Shown: positions 1-9,548, numbered from the stretch's first letter. The stretch: 64,000 nucleotides of DNA from Bdellovibrionales bacterium (GCA_043757265.1 JAYUQP010000018.1:27620-91619), one strand, 5' to 3'. Numbers and translations: made by a program. Notes: generated from the sequence alone by a model not told the origin.

Positions 1-868
1 TCTCTAAACCAGCATGCAGTTTTTGCGTGGCATCGCCTTCTTCCAAAACATCGTCGTACTCAATGGTAAAAGTGCCGCGCGTGTATTTGCTCCAAATTGG
101 AAAAACTGCAAGCGCTACATCTAAAGTCATTGGCACTTTGGTTGGCGTGCCGGTTGTAAGATAGTCACGCATGCCGCTACTCATGTTGAAAGACGTGTCG
201 CCGATATCTTTCATCATTACGCTCAGTGTTGGTAGCCAGTCGGTCGGTGACGACAAACTTACACCGAGGTCTCCGCCAAATCCCGCGCCTTGCACGGCTA
301 AGGATTTCATGTCCAAGAAGTTTACCGAAGGATCCACCGTTCCAATGTATTGCACGCGGTCCACCCAACGGCCAGCAGCTCCCATTTTGATTACGCCACC
401 ATAAAAACTTTTGTTGAATCCAAATACACCCACCCAATCGTAGACATAATTGACATCAAGACGTTGAGTTGTACTGGAACGAATCGCCGTGACTTCTTCT
501 TTGAGTAAAACTCCAAAACCATAATGGCGATCAACGTAAGAGGGAAAAAGTTGTGTGCGTACAAAGTAACGTTGATCCAAATTCGTAGCAAGTTCACGAT
601 AGATCTCGGCGATATTCGAGGAATTAAAGGCCAAATCTTGCACAGTGTTTATACTTTTTTCGTTTGTAGTGATCTCAGGATCGATGAGAGTTATGTAGGG
701 AACGCGCAGTCGACCTAATCCGATAGGATTTAGCAACAATGACGTTTCATCGTTTACAACCGCAACCGAGGCTCCCCCCATTCCCATCTGTCGAATACCT
801 TGATAGAAATCAGCTTGAGCCTGCGACCACGTTAAACCTAAAATACTGAGAATTATCAAACACTTCAT
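1..868 (-). CDS. Outer-membrane beta-barrel protein, 3' end cut by the window edge (paralog of 2884..4029)
   Basis: Not in the ORF track because it runs off the window. My manual minus-strand translation from the ATG at 866-868 stays open to position 1: MKCLIILSILGLTWSQAQA/DFYQGIRQMGMGGASVAVVNDETSLLLNPIGLGR...QKLHAGLE. It has a signal peptide. It shares the MGMG-x-A-x-VAV-x-D[DE]...NP-x-G motif and the LHAGLE motif with the 381-aa ORF at 2884..4029. Confidence 0.7.
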   Translation of the reverse strand, partial: MKCLIILSILGLTWSQAQADFYQGIRQMGMGGASVAVVNDETSLLLNPIGLGRLRVPYITLIDPEITTNEKSINTVQDLAFNSSNIAEIYRELATNLDQRYFVRTQLFPSYVDRHYGFGVLLKEEVTAIRSSTTQRLDVNYVYDWVGVFGFNKSFYGGVIKMGAAGRWVDRVQYIGTVDPSVNFLDMKSLAVQGAGFGGDLGVSLSSPTDWLPTLSVMMKDIGDTSFNMSSGMRDYLTTGTPTKVPMTLDVALAVFPIWSKYTRGTFTIEYDDVLEEGDATQKLHAGLE

Positions 869-996
869 GTCTCAATTTAGTATCTCTTATGTTGCGATAA
901 AAAGCGTTTCAGAGAGAGAAAATTAGACGTTGGATCAGTGTTCTTATTGCCGTTGTAGTACGATAAAGTTGTACACACTCTGAAGGAGCATTTCGA

Positions 997-1662
997 ATGA
1001 AAAAGTGGTTGTGCCTGTTAGCTGTTAGTTGTGTTTTTATTGGTTGCGAAGAAAAAGAAGACGACCAAATCTACTCAGCTCAAATCTGCCTCAACACGGC
1101 AACAGCAGGAACTGTTGATGATTGCCTGGCAAAAATTGACGGTGTCTCTTCGTCCAGGGCTTACGTACTGAGATGTTCAGCAGAATTTATTCGTGCCAAT
1201 ATCACGACCTCTAAAATTGTCGCTGCCATTACGAATATCGAAGCCAACGGAGCGGGCAATACAGTGGACCCGACCATTGAATTCTACAATCAGTTTAGCT
1301 TTGCCTCGACCGCGTCTGCAGATGTGGCAGTGACCAACTGTACAGCCAGCGGCTCCGAAGGTTTAAAGCTTCTTGCACTCACCGCAAAAACTGCCACGGT
1401 GATTAAATATGATGTGTTAAATGGAACTTTAGATTCGGTTACCATTGGGTTCCTCGTTCCATCAGCGGCCAATCCTGCAGATTTGCAAGCCATTGGTACA
1501 TCCGTTTTACTTATGCATCCCATTGCATGTGGTGAAGGTGGTTCCTTGAAAAATACCGAAGTTTGCGACAACATCAATGCGGCGATTTTGAGCTCCGGTG
1601 GTAACCCACAAGCTATTGGCGAAGCCTATTTGAATTCATTAAAAAATCCCAACAGCAATTGA
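997..1662 (+). CDS. Hypothetical lipoprotein
   Basis: 221-aa ORF. GAAGGAG Shine-Dalgarno about 8 nt upstream of the ATG. Signal peptide with lipobox (MKKWLCLLAVSCVFIGC). I recognise no family. Confidence 0.65.
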   Translation: MKKWLCLLAVSCVFIGCEEKEDDQIYSAQICLNTATAGTVDDCLAKIDGVSSSRAYVLRCSAEFIRANITTSKIVAAITNIEANGAGNTVDPTIEFYNQFSFASTASADVAVTNCTASGSEGLKLLALTAKTATVIKYDVLNGTLDSVTIGFLVPSAANPADLQAIGTSVLLMHPIACGEGGSLKNTEVCDNINAAILSSGGNPQAIGEAYLNSLKNPNSN

Positions 1663-1685
1663 TGCACGAACGTGAATTCAAACGT

Positions 1686-1753
1686 CAACCTGAGTGCGCA
1701 CTTCGAAGAATTTTATTGCTGCAATTGTGACGGTACGAGTTCCTTCGCTGCGC
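1686..1753. repeat. REP-like hairpin (degenerate copy of the element at 57954..58012)
   Basis: tccttcgctgcgctcaggatgac (1731-1753) is identical to 57991-58013. A degenerate inverted partner, cctgagtgcgcacttcgaagaa, lies at about 1688-1709. Confidence 0.55.
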
Positions 1754-1786
1754 TCAGGATGACTGATGGGTGATTGGCCATTTAGG

Positions 1787-1819
1787 AAAAAAAGCCAAGG
1801 GTTTGACCTTGGCTTTTTT
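1787..1819. terminator. Bidirectional rho-independent terminator between the lipoprotein gene and rpsD
   Basis: aaaaaaagccaagg-gtttga-ccttggctttttt: a GC-containing stem flanked by an A-run on one side and a T-run on the other, sitting between convergent genes. Confidence 0.65.
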
Positions 1820-1854
1820 CGTTTTCTCTGAATTTTAAAATTAAACGCTGCCGT

Positions 1855-2487
1855 TTAAACGCTTCTGAGAGAGTAGTATTCCGCAAACAAATTCGCAGAG
1901 AATGGGAATGGGAAGAATTCCGTTCCAGGAATGGACTTCACTTTCGCTACATCTTTTCCTGCAACTTCAGATCTTTCGATGTAATCTGGAAGTTCGAGGC
2001 GCGGAGATTGTTTTGATTTTAAATAGCACTGGTGTTGATAAGAATCTTCTCTCAACGAAACCGTGTCATTCAATCTTACTACTACCGAACCAACAGTCAC
2101 CTTCTTGCCATTCACGAGAACATGACCATGGCTCACCATTTGACGGGCAGACATGATACTAGGAGCAAAACCGGCTCTAAAAACAAAATTATCAATCCGC
2201 AGCTCTAAACGACCCGCTAATTGACTAATCCAGTTTTTGTCGGCGCTACCTTTTTGCGCGTCACGGATAAAGCGACGCAGCTGTTTTTCGCGAAGCCCGT
2301 AGTGAAACATGACTTTTTGTTTCTCTTCGAGCTGAAGGGCGTAGTTCGAAAACTTTTTACGCTTGTTTCCATGCTGTCCAGGAGGATAAGGACGTCGTTC
2401 TAGGGCACCGGCTTTTCCAAGTCCGGGAAGTTCTACCCCAAGTCGTCTTTGAATTCTGAAACGAGCACGTCTTTTTTCTGATGCCAT
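1855..2487 (-). CDS. rpsD: 30S ribosomal protein S4
   Basis: 210 aa. The N-terminus ARFRIQRRLGVELPGLGK...RRPYPPGQHG and the S4 domain are unmistakable. The gene appears monocistronic. Confidence 0.97.
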   Translation of the reverse strand: MASEKRRARFRIQRRLGVELPGLGKAGALERRPYPPGQHGNKRKKFSNYALQLEEKQKVMFHYGLREKQLRRFIRDAQKGSADKNWISQLAGRLELRIDNFVFRAGFAPSIMSARQMVSHGHVLVNGKKVTVGSVVVRLNDTVSLREDSYQHQCYLKSKQSPRLELPDYIERSEVAGKDVAKVKSIPGTEFFPFPFSANLFAEYYSLRSV

Positions 2488-2701
2488 TACATACCTTTCA
2501 TTAACTGCAACCGGCTTAATTTCGGCGCAGATTTACGGAAGGGTCTGTATCCCATAAAAGCTGATAAAACGTCAACTCTTAGGCAGGCTATTTTAGAGGA
2601 AACCAAATACGGTAAGAAGCGCATGGAATCTGACCTCCATGCGAGAAATCCGTAGCAGCAAAAAAACGCCATTTTCAACAAATTAGAAGCTTTTAGCCTG
2701 T

Positions 2702-2789
2702 CAGATCGCGTATATTACCGGAAAAGGTACTTGGTACCTTTTTTCAAGAAACGGTACCAAGTACCTTTTCCGGCAATATACGCGATTTG
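2702..2789. repeat. 88-bp palindromic element (37-bp arms, 2 mismatches) containing two GGTAC-TTG-GTACC cores
   Basis: cagatcgcgtatattaccggaaaaggtacttggtacc (2702-2738) pairs with ggtaccaagtaccttttccggcaatatacgcgatttg (2753-2789). The loop is 14 nt. Confidence 0.9.
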
Positions 2790-2883
2790 AGCAGCTGAAA
2801 ATTTCGATCGCCCTCGAAGCAAGGGCCATTCATCTGAAGTCCAGAGCCTCGTTTACAAACCAAACTTAGCTGCGGTCCACCTT

Positions 2884-4029
2884 TTAAAAATCGATACTGG
2901 CAGTGGCCATGTAAACTCGATCTTCCTTTTTCTGCGCGGATGTACCCACTTCGCGACCAAAAGTCGAAACATCAAGTTTAAAAACCCACATCTGACCGGT
3001 AAAGCCAGCAGTCCAATACATTTGGTTCATCCCCACTCGCCAGCCACCCTTCCACCAGGAGAACATTTCCCAGTTGAACTCGAGCCCGGCATGAAGACCC
3101 TTTTCGATGGTCCAATTGGGGTGCAAAATATCACGTACATCGATCGCCAGCTGCGTCGACCAGAGCCACCATTTTGGCATCTTGAACGCAGTTCCCACAT
3201 CGATCACGCGATGAAGTTTTTCAGGGTCTCCGTTTTTATCATCAGAGTAGAGACCCAAGTTTGAAAAGTAACCGTAATCCAAAATATTTCGAATATTCAT
3301 TCCCACTGAAGGCTGCAAGTAGCTAAAAAATCCCGAGCTGTATTCGGGAGCCTGCCAGAGCATTCCAAAATCAAAGTCCGCAGTCAGCCCTTCATTGCTA
3401 TCTTCCGCCTCCAGTACTTTTCCGGTTTGGATATCAACAAGGTTCACAATCTTATCTAAGTGACCACGGTAAATAAGCTTTGCTGTCGCTCCAAGATCAA
3501 ATCGGCCATACTGGATTTTTTTAACGTTCCAGGCGCGTGAGTATGCGAGCGTGGTGTCTTGAAAAGCCACTAAATTGACGGACGGGCCCACACTCCGTTG
3601 TAAGCCCATTTCAACAGTGACGTCTGCCGGTATAAACGCCAATGACCATCGCGGAGTGGCCCAAATAAATCCCAAAGATGGAGCGCGCAATGAATAGTGT
3701 TCGCCGTATTTTGACTCGATAAGATCCGCAATTTCTTGCGTGGTCGCGTTTTCCGCTGCATCAAGATCGTCCATAAAATCTTTCACATCGGGATCTCCTC
3801 CCGCCTTGAGAAAAAAATTCATCTTGCGCTCAGTTTTGCGTGCACTTCCTGCTGGATTATAAAACAAAGCATTTTCGTCGTCTGCCACGGCGACGTGGGC
3901 GTTACCCATTCCCATCGCTCGCGTCGACATAAATTGTTGGTGAATTCCAAAATACAAAGCTTCTTGGGCCATTGATGTTCTAACGCCGAAATAAGTAATT
4001 GCGAATATGATAAAAATCCAACGAAACAT
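2884..4029 (-). CDS. Outer-membrane beta-barrel protein (unknown family; PorV/TraF-like N-terminal motif)
   Basis: 381 aa with a signal peptide. Motif RAMGMGNAHVAVADDENALFYNPAG. Alternating beta-strand pattern. C-terminal aromatic residue (...ASIDF), typical of OMP beta-signals. Confidence 0.75.
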   Translation of the reverse strand: MFRWIFIIFAITYFGVRTSMAQEALYFGIHQQFMSTRAMGMGNAHVAVADDENALFYNPAGSARKTERKMNFFLKAGGDPDVKDFMDDLDAAENATTQEIADLIESKYGEHYSLRAPSLGFIWATPRWSLAFIPADVTVEMGLQRSVGPSVNLVAFQDTTLAYSRAWNVKKIQYGRFDLGATAKLIYRGHLDKIVNLVDIQTGKVLEAEDSNEGLTADFDFGMLWQAPEYSSGFFSYLQPSVGMNIRNILDYGYFSNLGLYSDDKNGDPEKLHRVIDVGTAFKMPKWWLWSTQLAIDVRDILHPNWTIEKGLHAGLEFNWEMFSWWKGGWRVGMNQMYWTAGFTGQMWVFKLDVSTFGREVGTSAQKKEDRVYMATASIDF

Positions 4030-4133
4030 CGCTCACGTCCTTGTGCTGTTTGAAAAGGTATCAAGTATTTAGAGGGCATGCGATGAATTACAAAACTATT
4101 CTAGACAGTTTTTTAATTCACCGCATCCCCTCT

Positions 4134-4151
4134 AGGTACTTGGTACCTTTT
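4134..4151. promoter_or_regulatory. Solitary copy of the aGGTACTTGGTACCtttt motif in a divergent promoter region, followed by a TATAAT box at 4157-4162
   Basis: An exact 18-nt match to the core of the 2702-2789 palindrome. TATAAT lies 6 nt upstream of the ATG at 4169, and no Shine-Dalgarno sequence is visible. Confidence 0.3.
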
Positions 4152-4168
4152 AAGAGTATAATAGATTT

Positions 4169-4789
4169 ATGACGAAACAACTTTTTCTTGTCGTACAACT
4201 AGGCATTTGTTTGTATTCAGCAGATCTAATCGCAAAGCCGCCGACTGACACCGTTTATGTAGCGCCTTCACCGAAAGAAGAAACTCCCGCGCCCCCGACG
4301 AAGGAAGTGGATTTACAACAATCAGGACTTGATCCTGATCAGCCCGTGAGCTCCCCTCCAAGCGCCCCGACCTATCATTTAGAACCGCGCCCGAGCGTGA
4401 CTTTTGCACTCAGTCGCGGATACGAAGTTTCGGAAGAAGACCACAGCGGTTGGTTTGGATTTCATGCAGCTCCATGGATGACGGCAACAACGCGATTTCA
4501 ACTTGGCGTTGATTTGCATGAAGATATTGGGTGGATTCAAGCGGCCGCTCACTCGCTTCCAACGCGCAATCTATACCGGCTTTACTGGGGCGGTGGAGTC
4601 AGCTTAATTTTTGACAGTGATCGCCAATTGCGTCCGATTGTCGACTTAGACGTTTATCATTTGTTTTTAACTACAGGCTGGGAGTTTCAGCTGCTCGAAA
4701 GGCAAAATGCCCGCTTTGAATTGAGCTTTCATCAGGGGATTGAATCCGCTTATGGAAAAGCTCTGCTCGGTTATACTCTGCAATTCTAA
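4169..4789 (+). CDS. Small secreted/outer-membrane protein with a Pro-rich N-terminal region
   Basis: 206 aa with an N-terminal hydrophobic signal and a Pro-rich linker. The C-terminal ~120 aa have a beta-strand pattern ending ...LGYTLQF (terminal Phe beta-signal). Confidence 0.6.
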   Translation: MTKQLFLVVQLGICLYSADLIAKPPTDTVYVAPSPKEETPAPPTKEVDLQQSGLDPDQPVSSPPSAPTYHLEPRPSVTFALSRGYEVSEEDHSGWFGFHAAPWMTATTRFQLGVDLHEDIGWIQAAAHSLPTRNLYRLYWGGGVSLIFDSDRQLRPIVDLDVYHLFLTTGWEFQLLERQNARFELSFHQGIESAYGKALLGYTLQF

Positions 4790-4792
4790 ATT

Positions 4793-4890
4793 AAGGTACG
4801 GCGAAAAAAACATCACGCCCTTTTCTTATTGTACACAAAATCTCCGGTCCGATTCAGGCTTTAAAAAGCTTTTAATTTTTCGCCGTGCTT
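4793..4890. repeat. Short palindromic intergenic element beginning AAGGTACGG (related ends to 37522 and 42395)
   Basis: aaggtacggcgaaaaa (4793-4808) pairs with tttttcgccgtgctt (4876-4890). It lies directly after a stop codon, between convergent genes. Confidence 0.45.
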
Positions 4891-4905
4891 ACAAAACAAG
4901 CCCAT

Positions 4906-5499
4906 CTAAAGATGTGGAAGAATGGCCAAAACATTATTTTTTAACTCATCAAGAGTGCCATTGTTTTCGATGACAAAATCGGCCTGACGTACTTTCTCGC
5001 TCATCGAAAGCTGTGCAGAAATTCTTTGTACAGCTTCCTGTTCGCTCAACCCGTTACGTTTTATTAGACGCTGCTTTTGCGTTTGTGTGTCGCAGGTAAC
5101 AACGATGATTTTATTAAAATTATTTTGCATATTCTTTTCGAACAACAAGGGCACATCGTAAAATGCTAGCCTTTGGCCTGCATCGGCTAAAGTTTTCTTA
5201 ATGGCGGCAACTTGCAAGCGCACAAAAGGGTGGACGATAGAGTCCAGTTTGAGGCGCAAATCTTTATTTGCAAAAATCTTCTGCCCTAAAATGACTCGAT
5301 TTATATGCCCCTCTGGTGCAATAATATCCTGACCAAAGGTCTGTACTATTGTTTTGAAAACGGGACTCGACGGGACCAAAGCCTGGTGTGCAATCTGGTC
5401 CGCATCCACCACAGGGAGGCCCTGATTTTTTAAAATTTCGGCGACTGCTGATTTGCCAGTGGCGATGCCACCCGTTAGTCCAATCCATTTCATAATCAC
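4906..5499 (-). CDS. coaE: Dephospho-CoA kinase
   Basis: 197 aa. P-loop IGLTGGIATGKS followed by VVDADQIAH, the typical CoaE N-terminus. Confidence 0.9.
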   Translation of the reverse strand: MIMKWIGLTGGIATGKSAVAEILKNQGLPVVDADQIAHQALVPSSPVFKTIVQTFGQDIIAPEGHINRVILGQKIFANKDLRLKLDSIVHPFVRLQVAAIKKTLADAGQRLAFYDVPLLFEKNMQNNFNKIIVVTCDTQTQKQRLIKRNGLSEQEAVQRISAQLSMSEKVRQADFVIENNGTLDELKNNVLAILPHL

Positions 5500-5572
5500 G
5501 TCATAATCATCGATAAAAACTCATATTTCTGGCGATTTGAGCCGATAGTGAAAGAGTAAAAGAGGACCGCAC

Positions 5573-7462
5573 TTGGCACAAGAAAAATTTGAAAGATTTG
5601 GAAATTACATCCTTCTCGAAAAACTTGCCGCTGGCGGGATGGCCGAGATTTATCTTTCAAAAAAGTTAGCAGCCGAAGGCCTACAAAAGTTTGTGGCGGT
5701 TAAAAGAATCCTCTCTCAGCATTCAAACTCCGAAGACTTTATCAGAATGTTTAAAGATGAAGCCAAGATTGCAGTGAATCTATCGCACAGTAACGTGGTT
5801 GGCATTCACGATTTTGGTGTCGAAACGAAGCAACTTTACTTAGTGATGGAATATGTCGAAGGAAAAAATCTCCGACAAATTCTCAATCGTCTCAAGCAAC
5901 TCAACAAACGCCTTTCTGTAAGTCACATTGTTTATGCCACAAAGATGATCGCAGCAGGACTCGATCACGCCCATCGCTTGATCGATGCAACAACCGGTCA
6001 ACCCCTGAACATTATACATCGTGATATGAGTCCGCAAAACGTCATGGTGAGTTTTGAAGGCGAAGTAAAAATCATCGATTTTGGTATCGCGAAATCAACC
6101 ACCCAAGAAGAAAACACCCGAGTGGGAACGCTTAAAGGCAAATTTGGCTACATGAGTCCCGAACAAGTGGACGGCCTCGAAGTCGATGCCCGAACAGACA
6201 TCTTTGCCCTAGGAATTATGCTTTGGGAAATGCTGAGCGAACAGAGACTATTTCTGAGCAACAACGAAATGACCACTCTGCGTAAAATCCGTGACTGTAA
6301 AATTCCAAGCTTACGACAAATCGATCCAAATATTCCCATCGAATTAGAAAAGATTGTGAACAAAGGACTCACGCGTAATAAAACTCAGCGCTATCAAACG
6401 GCCGCTGAGCTACAAAAAGATCTGCAAAGTTTTTTGAATCGGTACAATCCCGACTTTTCGAGCCAAGATTTTAGTGAGTTTATCAAAGAAACTTACGCCG
6501 AAGAAATCATCGACGCTCGTAAGCGCCAGGTGGCCTATTCGAAAATTGACATTCCACAGGTCGTGGAGCCCCAGCATGAACGGTACAGTCCACGTTCTGA
6601 AGCGATAACACAATCCATGACATTCTCAAGAAACACGACCGAAAAAATGAACTTTGAGGATTTAAAAATTGAGCGACTCGGAATTGTCACGCAGCCGTCA
6701 ATTCCTGCACAAATCCCAGTTACGCAACTTGGCGAAATGAGCGAATCCCACCTTAGTGTAAGTAAGGCTCCAAACTTTTCGGGCTTAGGTACCAGCGCAA
6801 CCCGAGAGGCTGCAAACACCAAGAAAACCGGCTCTGGGATAAAAGTGCAATATGCCCCGGAGAACAATTCGTCGACTCTGTTTGGGGCTATTTTCTTGAT
6901 GTTTGCAATTGGCATCGGCGGTTTCGGTGTCATCAACGAAATGCGTCCGTATTTAGTTGCTAAACCTTGTGCTCAACTTCAATCCATCGGTTTTCCTCTC
7001 ACCTGCCATCAAGAAGGAGCCGGGCAATCACAGATGGCTTCCAAAATTCAGCCCATTCTAAAAGTTACAAGTGATCCCATCGGGGCACATATTTACATCA
7101 ACAACAAAGCCACAAATCAAATGACACCGGCCGAAGTTGAGCTTGATGGGAGTAAGCCATTTACGCTTTCTTTATCGTTGGGCGGATATAAGAGCGAGTC
7201 CCGCCATTACAACGGTCTTCCCCCGGGCAATTTTTTATCATTAAAGCTGACTAGCATACCTTCTGGTTCAATCGTCGTGCGCGTTGTCGGAGGCGAAGCC
7301 TTTTTGGGGAAACGCAAACTTCGAAATGGCGAAAAACTCGTCGTTGATGCCAACAAAGAAGTTGTGCTGACTACTGTCAACCCCATTTCCGGTACCAGCA
7401 AGGAAACGCGCGTGAAGGTAGATATTAACGAAACCAAAGAAGTTATCCTGTCGCCCAGATAG
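5573..7462 (+). CDS. Hanks-type Ser/Thr protein kinase with a TM segment and C-terminal PEGA-like beta-sandwich domains
   Basis: 629 aa with a TTG start and AGAGGA Shine-Dalgarno. Kinase motifs VAVKRIL, HRDMSPQNVMV, DFGIAK and GYMSPEQ. TM segment LFGAIFLMFAIGIGGFGVI. The C-terminus (SDPIGAHIYINNKATNQMTPAEVEL) resembles PEGA. Confidence 0.9.
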   Translation: MAQEKFERFGNYILLEKLAAGGMAEIYLSKKLAAEGLQKFVAVKRILSQHSNSEDFIRMFKDEAKIAVNLSHSNVVGIHDFGVETKQLYLVMEYVEGKNLRQILNRLKQLNKRLSVSHIVYATKMIAAGLDHAHRLIDATTGQPLNIIHRDMSPQNVMVSFEGEVKIIDFGIAKSTTQEENTRVGTLKGKFGYMSPEQVDGLEVDARTDIFALGIMLWEMLSEQRLFLSNNEMTTLRKIRDCKIPSLRQIDPNIPIELEKIVNKGLTRNKTQRYQTAAELQKDLQSFLNRYNPDFSSQDFSEFIKETYAEEIIDARKRQVAYSKIDIPQVVEPQHERYSPRSEAITQSMTFSRNTTEKMNFEDLKIERLGIVTQPSIPAQIPVTQLGEMSESHLSVSKAPNFSGLGTSATREAANTKKTGSGIKVQYAPENNSSTLFGAIFLMFAIGIGGFGVINEMRPYLVAKPCAQLQSIGFPLTCHQEGAGQSQMASKIQPILKVTSDPIGAHIYINNKATNQMTPAEVELDGSKPFTLSLSLGGYKSESRHYNGLPPGNFLSLKLTSIPSGSIVVRVVGGEAFLGKRKLRNGEKLVVDANKEVVLTTVNPISGTSKETRVKVDINETKEVILSPR

Positions 7463-7514
7463 CGCACTGATCAAACTCTTCCACTCGTAACAGGTTCGTG
7501 CTAGCCTTCGAGGC

Positions 7515-9548
7515 ATGAATCTACAATCCTTTTCACTCAGCAACGGCCTCCCTCATAATGCGATCCCTTTTAATCAAATAAAAAATGATGAGTTTGCAAG
7601 CCTCATTCAAGGCGGAATCGCAGAGGCAAAAACTGCGATTGCAAAAATTAAAAGCCAGCGAGCTGTTCCTGATTTTTCAAATACCATTGAAGCCTTGGAG
7701 TTTGTTTCGTTGTCACTCGAACGAGCCTCAGGAGTGTTTTTTAATCTCATGCATTGTTGCACAAGCCCCGAAATCGATGCACAGGCTGATCAAATATCAG
7801 CCATGTTGGCAGAGCACGGGAACGATATTCAGCTGGATGACGTTTTATTTTCAAAAGTAAAAGTTGTTTATGATCAACGCGGAGATTTAAATCTTTCTTC
7901 CGAACAACAGATGCTTCTTAAAAAATATTACGAAGATTTCGCACGCAATGGCGCATTGTTGAACACTGAGCAAAAGAATCAATTGCGAGAACTCGACAAA
8001 GAGCTTGCCCAAATCACTCCGCGCTTTGGTCAGAATCTTTTGAAAGCCACAAATGCGTTTTCTTTAAAAATCAAAAATGTGAAAGACTTGGAAGGTCTGC
8101 CCGACAGCGCAATCAAAGCTGCGCAGGAAACGGCAAGGGAAAATGGCACTCCTGAGGAATGGCATTTTACCCTGCATGCACCAAGTCTTATGCCTTTTAT
8201 GACCTACGCGAGCCAACGCGATCTGCGCCAACAAATGTGGACGGCGTCAAATCAACGTGCGTACCTAGGGGAATTTAGCAACACGGCACTTTGTGAGCGT
8301 CTTGCCACATTGCGTGCCGAGCGCGCTCAACTTCTTGGGTATAAAACCCATGCCGATTTTGTGCTCTCACGCCGCATGGCTAAAAACTCCACTACTGTTC
8401 GAAATTTTATAGACCAACTGCTCACCCCTTCGATGGCCGCAACAAAAAGAGAGATTGCAGATATTCGAAAATTAGCCCAAGAGCTCGAGCAAGTTTCGGA
8501 AATCATGCCCTGGGATTTTGCTTACTACTCCGAAAAACTTAAAGAAAAACTTTATAACTTTAGCGAAGAGGACTTGCGTCCTTACTTTCAAATGGAAAAA
8601 TGTTTAGAAGGAATTTTTCAGCACGCACAAAAACTTTTTGGACTTACATTTAAAGCGAATGACCAACTGCCAGTTTATCATCCCGACGTCAAACCCTTCG
8701 AGGTCCACGACGCCAATGGTTTTGTTGGACTACTGTACTTTGATATGTTTCCCCGTGCCAACAAGCGCGGCGGTGCGTGGATGACAACGTTTTTAGATCA
8801 GGGTTCTGATGGTAAAACACTTTACCGCCCGCATGTGAGCATCGTTTGTAATTTTTCGAAACCTACGCAAGAAGAACCGTCCCTGCTTACCTTTGGCGAA
8901 GTGCAAACTCTGTTTCACGAATTTGGCCACGCGCTACACAGCCTGCTTTCCAATTGCACCTATCCAAGCATTGCGGGCACAAATGTCCTTTGGGATTTTG
9001 TGGAACTGCCCTCACAAATCATGGAAAACTGGGCGCTCGAAAAAGAAACGCTCTCGTTATTTGCCTCGCATTATAAATCGGGCGAACAGCTTCCAGACAA
9101 TCTTTACACACAACTGAAAAAGAGCAAAAACTTTAATGCGGGCTTTGCAAGCTTTCGCCAGCTCAGCTTTTGCCTGCTAGATCTCGCGTGGCACGATGTG
9201 AAACCGGGTACTGCGCTGAGCACTTCGACACTTGAAGACTCGGTTCTTGCTCCCCTCGCTGTATTGCCACGCATTGAAGGCACTAATTTTTCTGTGACGT
9301 TTTCGCATATTTTTGCCGGAGGATATTCGGCGGGTTACTACAGCTACAAGTGGGCTGAGGTGTTAGATGCCGATGCGTTTGAAGCCTTTCTTGAAGAAGG
9401 CGTTTACAACAAAGACGTGGCGCAAAGATTTCGCGACAACATCTTAAGTCGCGGTGGCACCGAGGATCCCGATGTTCTCTATCGCAACTTCCGCGGCCGC
9501 GATCCGGACCCCAAGGCTTTGCTTCGCCGATCCGCTTTGATTCCGTGA
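7515..9548 (+). CDS. dcp: M3-family zinc metallopeptidase (peptidyl-dipeptidase Dcp-like / oligopeptidase A-like)
   Basis: 677 aa. HEFGHALH zinc motif in the expected position. Length and N-terminal helical region are typical of M3A. I cannot distinguish Dcp from OpdA with certainty. Confidence 0.85.
   Translation: MNLQSFSLSNGLPHNAIPFNQIKNDEFASLIQGGIAEAKTAIAKIKSQRAVPDFSNTIEALEFVSLSLERASGVFFNLMHCCTSPEIDAQADQISAMLAEHGNDIQLDDVLFSKVKVVYDQRGDLNLSSEQQMLLKKYYEDFARNGALLNTEQKNQLRELDKELAQITPRFGQNLLKATNAFSLKIKNVKDLEGLPDSAIKAAQETARENGTPEEWHFTLHAPSLMPFMTYASQRDLRQQMWTASNQRAYLGEFSNTALCERLATLRAERAQLLGYKTHADFVLSRRMAKNSTTVRNFIDQLLTPSMAATKREIADIRKLAQELEQVSEIMPWDFAYYSEKLKEKLYNFSEEDLRPYFQMEKCLEGIFQHAQKLFGLTFKANDQLPVYHPDVKPFEVHDANGFVGLLYFDMFPRANKRGGAWMTTFLDQGSDGKTLYRPHVSIVCNFSKPTQEEPSLLTFGEVQTLFHEFGHALHSLLSNCTYPSIAGTNVLWDFVELPSQIMENWALEKETLSLFASHYKSGEQLPDNLYTQLKKSKNFNAGFASFRQLSFCLLDLAWHDVKPGTALSTSTLEDSVLAPLAVLPRIEGTNFSVTFSHIFAGGYSAGYYSYKWAEVLDADAFEAFLEEGVYNKDVAQRFRDNILSRGGTEDPDVLYRNFRGRDPDPKALLRRSALIP

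Noticed and set aside
2487-2681. 64-aa minus-strand ORF and possible S4-autoregulatory leader upstream of rpsD
   Set aside because: The ORF abuts the rpsD start and looks spurious. A hairpin (gcatgga-N8-tccatgc) exists in the putative 5' UTR. I cannot demonstrate an S4-binding pseudoknot or a promoter from sequence alone.
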